Below are positions 1 to 11,400 of a stretch of 64,000 bases of DNA, piece after piece; position 1 is the first letter of the stretch, and each line of letters opens with the position of its first letter. The notes beneath the pieces were generated by a model, which worked only from the letters and a program-made list of their open reading frames with translations, was not told the origin of the DNA and ran no database searches. The stretch lies in assembly GCF_000150275.1 (NCBI RefSeq), contig NW_002060944.1:6237102-6301101 (forward strand), in the 5' to 3' direction. This stretch comes from Trichoplax adhaerens (lineage: Eukaryota > Animalia > Placozoa). A program made the translations under genes and the position numbers.

Positions 1-3000
1 TTTCAAGATTACGCTATTAAACAAATAAAATCTCATCGCTTGCGTTTTCTGATGAAATGTCAATCTTACATTTAGGAAATAGAGTCATTTGCGGTATAGG
101 CAACAACATAGTCGAAAAATTGTCAATGCATTTTCAGATATTGTTCTGGTCTTCCACTAGAACAAATAAGACTTAAGTTATATTTGGCTATTCATTTAGT
201 AATACAATAATGATATTACACCTAGTCTTTGCTTTATTTTTGAAAAAACATACCATAGTTTATATCATTTGATAATATTTACTAATACCAGTATCCGATA
301 GCAGACGGTACATGGAAGATAGCAACCCTTTTCACATCTTCTATCTGCCACAATCAATTAAAATTAATACAGTAGTATATCATTCAATAAAAGGATATTA
401 TTCATTAAATTTCTGCATGTTACTTTAAAATGTTAACAATATACTCTATATACTCTATGTATCTAAGAGAATCAACTATCTACAAGAAGTGCAATAAATG
501 AATGCTTCTCAATAGCTTTAAAATTTTAATATATTTTCAATGTTTTAATATTTTCTTATTAATATTAATGATTCGATTGCATCAAAATAGCAAAGTTTTT
601 TCGATAGTTCGAATTTGTTAAGATTTAAATTCTACCAAACGAGATAGTATTAGAAATAGAGTATAAAATCTTTCTTTAGTATATTTAATTTTAATAATTT
701 TAATTTCAATCAAGTAGTAATTGTGTACTTAGTTAGAAATAAAAATATACTGTGAATATTAGCCCAATTTTAGCCGCAAATCAGCATAGTTTACCGGTAG
801 CAATCTTGCATAAAGTTAATAATATAGCGTGATTTTCAATGAATGGTTGAAAGTGTTACTCTTCAAGCTTGTAGACAGAAAATGTAATGACAGCATTAGA
901 AAGGTTTAATAGGAACGCTTATTAGTATTTTCAATTAAAATTAAAACCATTAGACACAGGCTGATAGCTGATATAAAGTTTTATTAGTTATTGTTGAAGC
1001 ATTTAAATCAAATAAAAGAATCAGGATAATCCAAAAGAAAAATAAGATCAGTCAATGAAATCTATACATATATTGTATCTTAAAAAATATTGAATTATTG
1101 TCATAGTAACAATTTGATTCAAAGATACATCATGTTTAGCGCTATTTTGTCTTTCATGGTTATTCTATTATACCTTACATCTTAATTAATTAAAGTATTA
1201 AACTATTTCTTTTAGTTCTAAATCGTATTGTCGATATTTTGCTATTCTCTTCAAAGCATTATTGATTGTTACACCATCTAATAAAATGTACTACTAAACA
1301 TAGTCACTGGTGAATTCAATACATTGTCAATCGACTTTATCGGAGATGATTAATTTTGACAGGTGCATCACTTTGATTTTGCCTTGCTAATTCAAGGTCA
1401 CGCTAACAAAATATAGGAGGCAATTTGATTGCAGTGATTATGATCTAATTCGATCCCTTCAATCAAGTAGATGGATAACGCATTTAGAATAGATGATAAA
1501 CATGAATCCATTGAATTAACTCTACGTATATAGCTTTCATGGTTATACCTTATCATCTTATAGTAAATGATTAAATTAGTGACTGGCAACTACAACTAAA
1601 TGACTTATTGATTGCAATATTTACAAGATTAATAGTATAGCTTATTCAGTAAAATAATCTCTTCTAGCCTAATATTGTAATACTACTCGAACTAACTATT
1701 GATAATTATCCAAATTAGCTGTCATATATACAGCAGGTCAAGGTTACGTGAGAATTACAATTTTAACATACAAGTAGTGATAAAAACCAGACCATCTCCA
1801 ATACTAGTAACTTAATCAATAGCTAACGATAACCAGGCAATATTGACTTCATGTCGCCTTGATAGTATAGAATAGCGTCAATCAAATAGCGAGCAAAGGT
1901 TGTCAATTATCTCTTCATAGGATTGTGAGGATGTAGTCTGTCTAGGAATATGAGCAAAAGTGGTTTTGTACAGAGAATAGATCTTGAAAATAATTAAAAG
2001 CAACGGAAATAAGATTTACGATTTGTTAACACTATTAATAAGACGACCAATGAATAGGATAAACGGCGCTTTGTAATTGAAAATAAAATCTATGTATAAT
2101 AGCTTCCAATTAATATATCGATCAGTTCTGTATCCTTATATTTGAATAGAAAATGCTATATTTTCAGTAATTAGTAATAGTTCCTACTAAAAAATGACAT
2201 TACTCATCATTTTCGCAATTACATTTAATTTAAGGTAACATAGTATTCAATCCGTGTAGAAGAAATTTAGCACTAAAAATACTAATAATAGTTTATAAAA
2301 ATCGTTTAGAAGCAAATACTACGATTTTAAATGTTATCAAATCGTATGCAATCATTCAAATCATGATTTTCAATTTACCTATCCTGCAAAAGCTACTGTT
2401 TATTTGATAAATTTACATGTTTATCACATCCTATTGTGAGTCAAGAAGACGTGACTGAAACTTCCTCAAGGGTTAAGAGAAAAATAATGTAATATTGTTA
2501 TAATGCTAGAGTGACTAGACAATTTAAATTTCTGAAACCAGATTAGATAAAAATAGCTAGATTATACCAATGCTCTTATGATATTTGCTTACATAACAGC
2601 AATAGTCTTCGATCATTTTTATGGTACAGGAGCATACTTAATGGCTTTGATGTAATCATTATTTTCTTCAGTTGATTGAAATCTAAAGTGGTATACTTAT
2701 GAGTAGAATATTAAATTAAATAAATTTTTCAAGGAATTGCTGGTTAACTAAAAAAGTTGTATAAATGCGTAACGACAGCTTCTGGTAATAAAATTAAACG
2801 TATTTATTACTAATAGAACCTGCAATTAAAGGTTACCTTTCTAATAAATGTATAAGTTCGATATCAGTTATTTGCCAACTTAATTAAGAAGTCATTATAA
2901 CTCTTCTTTTAGTCTATAAAGATCATAAAAATAGAATTGAATCATTACACTTGGCAATTAATGTCACTTTATCTTTTCATAAGTTTTGATTGATGGTAAG

Positions 3001-3648
3001 GATAATATTTTTATTACATGACGAACATCAATTTAAGTAGTATTCCGATATTATTGAGGTTCTTAGTAACTGTCAAACATTCATAGCAGATTATTGTTCA
3101 CTCTTTCTGAAAATAACCTCCTCGAAGAATAACTATATTTTCATTACTTATTTCCTAATAATTTCATGACATGAAATAAGTTGCATTAACCAGCTTTAAA
3201 ATATGAAAAATGATACTTACTTTTAAAATCAATTTAGCATTGTCATTTTTCATAGGCAGTCTTATTGCATTTCTTAATTTCACCAGAAGTCATACTTTGA
3301 TAAGACATAGAACTAAATTAAATTTGATTGGTAATGAGTCGATTAGTTACTAAGATCCCGACCTTTGATCGTATTGACTATTGTCGAGATTGAATTCCAT
3401 TACTACCGTATTATTTATATTCTAATAAATAATGACTGCTGATGATATGAAACTAAGCATGTCACTACTTATTTCAAGAAATAATTACGTTATAAATTTA
3501 TATTTCAATATCGCGAACTAAAGCGTTATTTACAACAATAATAAAGAGAATTTTTAGCTTGGTCTATAAATGTATAACGGTAAAATTATATTCCAGTTTG
3601 GTATCTTATATTTTGCCCTAGAATTGAGCGCATCTTCTAACAAATATT

Positions 3649-3863
3649 GGATATTAATTAAATGCAACTACATACCTTTACTGTGCTGTACTCAAGGGTT
3701 TTTGATGATCGATATTATTCATATCCGTTGGTCACGATTTATAGAAGAATTATTCAGGATATTAATTAAATGCAACTACCCACCTTTACTATTCTCAAGC
3801 ACTTATTGATGATCAATTCTATATTCCTATCGATCGGTCATAGTTTATGGAAGAATTGTTCTG
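3649..3863. repeat. Diverged tandem duplication, period about 108 bp
   Basis: GGATATTAATTAAATGCAACTAC at 3649 and 3757, with similarity continuing to GAAGAATT. Confidence 0.85.
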
Positions 3864-5064
3864 TAGGCTTTGCTTTTGCAAGCAATTTATAGCTTCACAC
3901 AGGATACTTTTGATGGAAAAACATTGTCCCTATTGACTGGCTTTTGTTTCAGATTTAAGCGCTCGAAATTACGGCAGCAATTTATAAGATATAATCTAGG
4001 ACAAAAATAACCACGGGTTAAAACTTTCCAGCTTTTATTTCTAATAAGTTGCAAAAAGCTTTCAAAGGTACAACGCGTAATATAATTATATATTTTGGTA
4101 TGTTTTTCGTTTGATATTTTCGCAGCAAAAAAGTAATTTTTGAAAGTATAGCACAGCAGTTAATCAAGGTTAGTATTTTCATAACTGCTGCAAAATGACT
4201 GTAAGAGCTTTTCAGCCTTTTCTATTGTAGTATAGAAATAATTCAAGATTGACTACAACTTTTTAAATTTAACAAAATAAAGTCTATGTGGACAACAGTA
4301 CTGTAGATGTTTAGAATTCTCGTTATTAATAGTTACAATTCGTACGTTATTATTAACAAGTTTTCCTTTTAATGATGGAGTAATATTTACTAAATTGCTA
4401 TGCTATTCCTTCTATTTATTCTATGAAGTTTATAATTATTAAAGCTATCACGTCCAAATTCTGTGTTGAAATAGTTACCAACGTACATAATATCGTATAT
4501 ATCAATAAATGCATTTTATGTTTACGATGGTAGGAAAAGTGCGATGACAACGTGTCAGCAAATGTATGTGTGTCCTTCCATTAAATCAAGAATTCTTTAT
4601 GTAAATATGGAAACAAATATCGTTAAAATATACAGTATTGTGCAAATATATTCATTATATATAATAAAACGACGAAGGTTATCATATTAAATGAAATGGA
4701 AGACGAATGTAGATAATTTTCACAAATACGGTATAGTGATAGTATCTAAAGTAGACGCCGTCTGGAATTCATAGAAGAATGAGTTCTACTATAAGTTATA
4801 CAGTATATATATATATAACATCTCCCAATTACGTGTATTTTTTGTTTACATGCCTATATATAATAATAAAGGTGTGATTTCTAATTCTTATTTCATCAAG
4901 CTATAATAATCGGCTACATGTTGGTAAAATGATACCGTTGTTAACAACTGCGGCATCTACCAGTAAGGATAGTAAAGATATACAAGATAGATATTTCCTT
5001 GTGCGACTTACGGTAAGGTAAAGTACTTCTTCATGCAACATATACTAATATGTGTGTTTATTCA

Positions 5065-5352
5065 TTAAAAGAAGGAATGGCATGACAAAATAGTCAATTT
5101 TCAATTTCTAGCTATATTAGTGAACGACACGAGTGAACAAGATGAAATTAGCTGAGATTTCAAATGGAAATCGCATTATCTTATTGGCAGTCAGTACTAT
5201 GCAACAGGATTATTCTATACTATGGATATTCGTTAAAAAGAGAATGACATGAGAAAATAGTCAATTTTCAATTTCTAGCTATACCAGTTCACGACACGAG
5301 TGAACAAGATGCGATTAGCTGTAATTACGGATGCAAATTGCGATATCTTATC
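5065..5352. repeat. Diverged direct duplication, period about 167 bp
   Basis: AAAATAGTCAATTTTCAATTTCTAGCTATA and ACGACACGAGTGAACAAGATG each occur twice. Confidence 0.85.
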
Positions 5353-5993
5353 GATCGCTATAGCTTTAAGTGATTGCAAAGTTAGCAAAATACTGTACTT
5401 TAAACAGTGAGGAAAAATAGGGCAAGTTAATATGCAATTTTTGCTTCTTTTCTAATTTCTGTCTTGAACTGTTTCATTGCCTTGAGCGAAATTGGTACTT
5501 TGTGTTTAGGATCGAATAAGGAATTTGCAGTCACTGTCATTACATTTCTTCTAAGTACAAATTTTGTATAATCGTGAAAGACTCGAAATTAGTGAATCTA
5601 CAGTAAATCGGATGTTATTACATATTCTTGATCGAATTAAGTTTCTACTTGACATAACTAGTTCTGACAGACCACAGCATCAAATCAATAAGAGGGTAGG
5701 CCACTCGTATGTTGTGAACTCGTGACAGTTGCTGTTGAAAGATTTCAAACTAAATGTTATATAAGCGTTTATGAATTCGTCAGTACCCGATACAGTGAGC
5801 AAAAATCAATACATCTGCAGTCGAAGACATTGCTACTGTCTGCACACTGTAGAGAGAAAAATGAGAGTTTTTCTACACCGAAAAATTGATGCTAACAAGC
5901 AAAAACATATAAGTGACGAAGATACGTGGTGGAAGAATCATCTGGCCTAAAACGACGTTATAGATATGCCATTTCCCCCCCCCCCCCCCGGGG

Positions 5994-6043
5994 NNNNNNN
6001 NNNNNNNNNNNNNNNNNNNNNNNNNNNNNNNNNNNNNNNNNNN
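5994..6043. other. Assembly gap
   Basis: Run of N after a C15 tract. Confidence 1.
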
Positions 6044-6785
6044 TTAAGTTGATCTTAACACTATTTGAGAACCACATACAGTACAGCGTCACAGAACTAG
6101 AGACGGGTATCAACTGGCTATCAAAAAATTTTCATAGTTTATCTTTGGGAGACTCGTCCAATGCTGTCCCTCTCTATCACAATTGGTTAAAAATAACATG
6201 TGGCCGCAAATGAATGAAGTGTACATCATGCATACGACTGCTCCTTCGTCCCACAAAGTCTATTATCCCGATCATCATCTGAAAGAATCTGAATAGGTCA
6301 AATGACATATACCGTACAATTCGCGATCCTATTACATCTACTGTGCTTCAAGGATATTTAACAACAAAAATTTCATGTATGCTTGTACAATACAGAACAC
6401 TGTACGATGAAACATTTTGGAAGTCCCTGATGTACATACAGTACTATCATTACTTTACTGACATTTAGAATTTCTCATAGAGATACGATATTATACAGTA
6501 CTGTACAGTGAACACTGTATGGTATAAGAAAATGAGAAAAGTAAGTGTGCAATGTGCAGTCGCAGACTATGCAGACTCGACAGCAGATTGAAGATTGAAT
6601 GTCAGCAGAAGGCTACATGGAGGTACTTACTGTACGGTCTTTCAAAAGAAACTAAACATGACATGTACTGTACTTCTCAGTATTAGATAGCTCAAGGTAC
6701 CCCATTACAGACTATTCCTGCGCATTAGCCCTAACCATTTTGCATCAATTACTTTGTACACTTCGTCTAAGCTGTCCTACTGATC

Positions 6786-6969
6786 CATTAGACATGTATT
6801 GACATATCTAAAAAAAAATCCAGAAATCGTCCAATCTCACGTGGCGCGAATCAAATTTGTGTCCTGCACCATCGCCGTGCGATTGCTTGATTTAATTTGC
6901 ACCGCGTGAGATTGGACGATTTCTGGATTTTTTGTAGATACTGTACGGTATGTCAAACCATGTCTAATG
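6786..6969. mobile_element. Long palindromic (foldback/MITE-like) element
   Basis: Perfect 29-bp inverted pair 6813-6841 / 6905-6933, with imperfect extensions out to CATTAGACATG(6786) / CATGTCTAATG(6969). No clear target-site duplication. Confidence 0.6.
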
Positions 6970-7263
6970 TACAGTACTGTACTGTACTGTACGTCCCCGG
7001 TCTTTTTAGACGGTAGGGAAGTTTTGAAGGAAAACGGGGGGGGGGAGGGTGAAATTTTTTCTTTAGCAGTCCTTGCTACTGCGCATACTGTATCAAGTGT
7101 CTCATAAGTCTTTCCCGATGATTGAAATTATATGAAATTCTAATTTTAAAGTAGTGTACAGTACAGTACAGTACTGTACATGTTAATGTTCGGGTTAGGG
7201 TTATAGTACTGTACTGTACGGTACTTTAGACTGGCGCAGTTGACAGTACAGTACTGTACGTTA

Positions 7264-7413
7264 CGGTGGCCCAGAAGGGACACGCAAGGTTTTACGATGT
7301 TTGACCCAACTGTAACAGGGTTAGGGTTAGGGTACAGTACTGTACACTAAACTGTGCAGTATTGTACAGTACACCGCAATAGTGCCCGCATGCGTTTCCT
7401 TTCTGGGCCACAG
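7264..7413. mobile_element. 150-bp TA-flanked MITE-like element with 23-bp imperfect TIRs
   Basis: TA(7262-63)-CGGTGGCCCAGAAGGGACACGCA ... TGCGTTTCCTTTCTGGGCCACAG-TA(7414-15); 20/23 TIR match; internal GGGTTAGGGTTAGGGT. Confidence 0.65.
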
Positions 7414-7921
7414 TAGTACAGTGCAGTACTGTACAGTGTAAGTTGTTCTTTTACGAGTTTTGCAATACTGTACAGTACTGTAATGTACTGTACACTGTAC
7501 TGTACAGTATTTCCCCATTGATTGATTTACAGTACATTGTACTGTATTTACTGTACTGTACAGTACAGTACAGTACTGTACAGTATTTATTTATTTACTA
7601 CTGTACTGTACAGTGACTGGATTACTCATAAAGTCACACTCACAAGTCACAACGAGACTCACAGTGCGCGATCAATTAATCATATCATATTGAGTATTGA
7701 ATATTACAGTACTGTACACTGTACAGCATGGATGATACTGTACAGTACAGTGTACAGTACTGTACATGATGCAACATGATTACGCCCCATCTTCTACCGT
7801 ACTGTAGCGTAGTGCACAGTACAGTAGAAGACCCACTACTGTAGTCAACAGACCAGTATTTGGAAAACTATGCAAAAGTCATTCCCTGTAACCGTACGGT
7901 ACCATGACGGTACAGTATCTG

Positions 7922-7997
7922 CACGTGACAAGTTGCACTGACGTCAAAGGACTGTAGAAGGTTTGCCACCGTTATGTCGATGGATGGTATATAAATA
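7922..7997 (+). promoter_or_regulatory. Candidate BTAF1 core promoter: E-box, CRE, TATA box
   Basis: CACGTG 7922-7927, TGACGTCA 7939-7946, TATATAAATA 7988-7997, followed by a GC-richer segment ending at a GTGAGT donor near 8065 (possible 5' UTR exon). Motif match only. Confidence 0.4.
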
Positions 7998-8430
7998 CAA
8001 ACCTCCACTCTGCACTGACACTCGAACTCCGCATTCTACGCACTTGTACTACGCCGTCGCCGCTAGTGAGTCTTGACTGCACTCCATAGTAGTTTATAGT
8101 CATAGCCGTAAAAGACTGTACCTATCCAAGTTGACTTGTAGCGTTACCGCATTGACAGCAGTAAGCGAACGTACTGTACATCAGTTTAGAGCGTAGGTTT
8201 CTATAATGAATTGTCAGTGATTCTTACTAGCAAGAAACGTTCAAGTACACTGTCCAAAGTAGTGAATGAGTATTAGAATAATGCTGCATTTACCTGACAC
8301 AAACACAATATTATAGTTTGTATCGATTTTAGAAATAGAAAGGCATCTTGGATACATTTACCAACACTAGCTTTTTATTGGAAATTGGTTGAATTCAAGC
8401 ATTTCTACTTTATCCACTCAAAGAGAAGCA

Positions 8431-11400
8431 ATGGATACTAGGTATTTAAGCGATCATTTAGAAATGATGTTTTATTCTAAGTTAAATAAGGATTAGTAGG
8501 AGAAGAATTCTGAATGACTTTCGCAAAACGCCAACTTTGTTCTGTTCTAATGGTACTACAATAGTGTACGGTACTGTACAGTATGATGTTGATATCATCT
8601 TATGGAGAGTATTGAACAGTTTTAATCATATCCATTTCGACCTCTACCTTTCCAAATTGAAAGTATTTCACTGTGATAACTTGCCACTGTATCATTGAAC
8701 TTGTCATCGTATCTGCCTGCTTTGGTGTTAACATCGTTGTTGTGGCTTCAATTTTATACAGGCTAGACAGGTTATTAATCTTACTCGACAGTGGTTCTCA
8801 TTCAGCGATTAAGCGAGCAGCAGCGGTGCAGCTAGGAGATATAGTAAAACTTCATCCGGAAGAACTAGACAACTTGCTCAACAAAGTAAGTCAAACCACA
8901 GTCTTCAGTACTGTACATACAGTACACTGTACTGTAACCTGTACAGTACTGGGCGTTACAATACAGTACAGTACAGTACAGTGTTTTTTATTCTCAAGTA
9001 CAGTACTGTACAGTCAAGTACTGTAGTGAGCGGTAACATTAGACCCTTCAGCGCCTGCCTCCTCAACGCTTTACAATAATAATTATTATTATTATTATTA
9101 TTATAAAATGACAATATGGACAGTATAGAAATTTATGAAATTGCCGTAAATTGATCATGAGAATTAGATTAAAGTCATTCTCATTTCAGAATGTGCAAAC
9201 CATTTACAGTGAACACGTTCAACTTTATCATAAGTACACCCTAATAGCATCAAAATACCGTTCAAGCAATTACATCATGACATAATGTGTACTGTACAGT
9301 ACAGTGCAGTAATTAACTTGATGATTCTGTATGCACAATTGTTTGATGCGTCAAGTGCACTTATTTTAAAGGGCATACCTAGTAACGTTTACCAGATAGA
9401 TATATCTATATCTTTAAGCGTGGATACAGTTCAATATAGTCATGCTTAACTACTTTACTCATAAATGCATTATAATAAAGTTATATGTGTATTACTAGAC
9501 GAATAGATACTGCTACTATTTACAGTGTATTTTGAGTACAATATTTCCTTTCATATTCTGGATGTGAATAGCGATCAACAAGTAGAGTGCCTGGAAAATG
9601 ATATAGACAAGCATAAAAATACTAAAAATCGTACATCACAATAACAGAGGTACCACACTTATGGCTGTATTCTATTATACCAAATATATGAGAATAGCTG
9701 CTAGATCGTGATGCAAACACTCTGCTAAGTTGAAGATGAAATTGACAATAACATATCTGCAGTTAGGCCACTCAATTCAGTAAAGTTTAGAGTACTCCTT
9801 CAATGATGTATTGCGTTAACAAAAATTCTAAATTATACATATGAATATTCGCATAAGTTGTAAATCACTATCATTGGAATAGATCCAATATACTAATAGC
9901 ATGTTTCTAATCAAATTGGTTCAAATATCTTCGACTTATTTATTCCCAAATTATACCTTCTCTAAGTATTATAAATCTACCTGTTAGGTATTTGTTTATT
10001 TTACCAAAAAAAATTGGGATACTAGAATCGCTGCAGGCGAAGCTGTAGAAGCAATTGCTAAAAATGTACCTTTGTGGAATCCAAGTTTCAATTGTCGTAA
10101 CAGTAAGTATACTTGAGCCTTCATATATCTGATTTCTATCGTTTCGAAGTAATTATTTATAAGGCAATCAACGAAGGAAGCTACTTTGCGACTAACTTCA
10201 ATCTTTAATCATGCTAAAATTACAATATCTGTAACAAATATACAAAATGAAAATGACATTTTAAGGAGAATTGCTTTAAAAGCGAATTTAATAACCCTGG
10301 TTACACCATAGCGACTAGCTTTGTGTATTGATTTTTTACGTCATATAACATCCTACTAATTGTATATATCCCTAATCATCTCATTACTGATTACGATATG
10401 TAGATTTGCTTATTCAAATCTTTTACATGCTGTTACAGGTACATCATTACCAAAAGTAAAGGGAGTCAATGTCGATAAATTTAACTTGACTCGTGTAATG
10501 CAATCTGCTTCTGTTATGGTATCATCTGTCCACGATAATGAAAGTGAACAACTAACAAGTAAAGACATACCAGTCAGTCAGCAAATTGCCGAACAGAAAA
10601 CAGCGTTAAAGAAGGTGTTTACTATTAAAGGAGCACCACAGGGTAAATATCCACATAAGTATGCAATGTATTAAATAATAATAGTATGCTTATAGAAAAT
10701 TATATAATATTTAGTATATTTAGTAAGGTTTAAAATAATACACTTTTTCTGTATATTTATTAACAATTTTACATTCTTCTCCGTTGTTTATACTTAGATG
10801 TATTTGGTACGGAAGAATTATTTGACGATAAAGATTTAGTTCTCCATTCTACTGAAGAACTATCAGGACGAGTTAGTCATACTCTTATTCTTCTACATGG
10901 ATACATATTATAGTGAACTAACCGCGCGAGTTGACATTTTATCTCAGCTTCACCTATCAATCGTAGTATCTTACATCAATTAAACGAAATAGCTGTGATC
11001 ATTAGATAATAATCTAAAATTATAAGATTAAAATAGTGATTTAATGCCATTATCACACAATTAAAATTAGGTATATAGGAGCCCACTCAAAATTATCGAA
11101 CAAGAAATTACTGCAGCTTTAGTAGTAGATAACTTTCCTATTGCACCACTAAAGAGAAGAGCCGATAATGAAGTTGCCGAGCTACCAGTAGCAAAAAAAA
11201 TGTATGTTACACTACTAATTTTGTTTTAAGCATAAATTAAGATATCAAGGACAATACTATTAATTATTATCAAACTCATTTACTAGGCATTTAAAAGTAG
11301 ATATGGAAGGGATGGAACAGGTAGTCAAGGGTGATAGAGAGGCTATAATAACTAAAGATCAGGTAGCAATATATCTGATTTTAGCGTATCTATTGCATAT

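Larger units (their letters stand above)
6070..9310. repeat. Mixed-orientation (CAGTA)/(CTGTA) pentamer array zone around the BTAF1 promoter and first introns
   Basis: Dense TACAGTA/TACTGTA/TACGGTA runs, densest at 7150-7830 and 8905-9025. Source of the spurious YSTVQ-type ORFs. Confidence 0.9.

Noticed and set aside
70-345. Minus-strand exon-like blocks with plausible splice sites near the window start
   Set aside because: No recognisable or unambiguous reading frame; may belong to a gene outside the window.
3649-5352. Direct repeats considered as a CRISPR-like array
   Set aside because: Only two diverged copies each, no repeat-spacer regularity, no cas genes, eukaryotic context.
6110-6262. 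Minus-strand frame containing TNCDREGQHW, faintly like a cysteine-protease His motif of Polinton-type elements
   Set aside because: Short, bounded by stops, next to a gap, and no other motif supports it.
7192-7333. TTAGGG units as a true telomere or chromosome fusion site
   Set aside because: Only two to three units, embedded in or beside a TIR-bounded element.
7327-7779. ORFs rich in YSTVQ/YCTVL (also 55772-56035, 55802-56011, 56485-56760)
   Set aside because: Translations of the pentamer arrays, which are stop-poor on both strands; no coding evidence.
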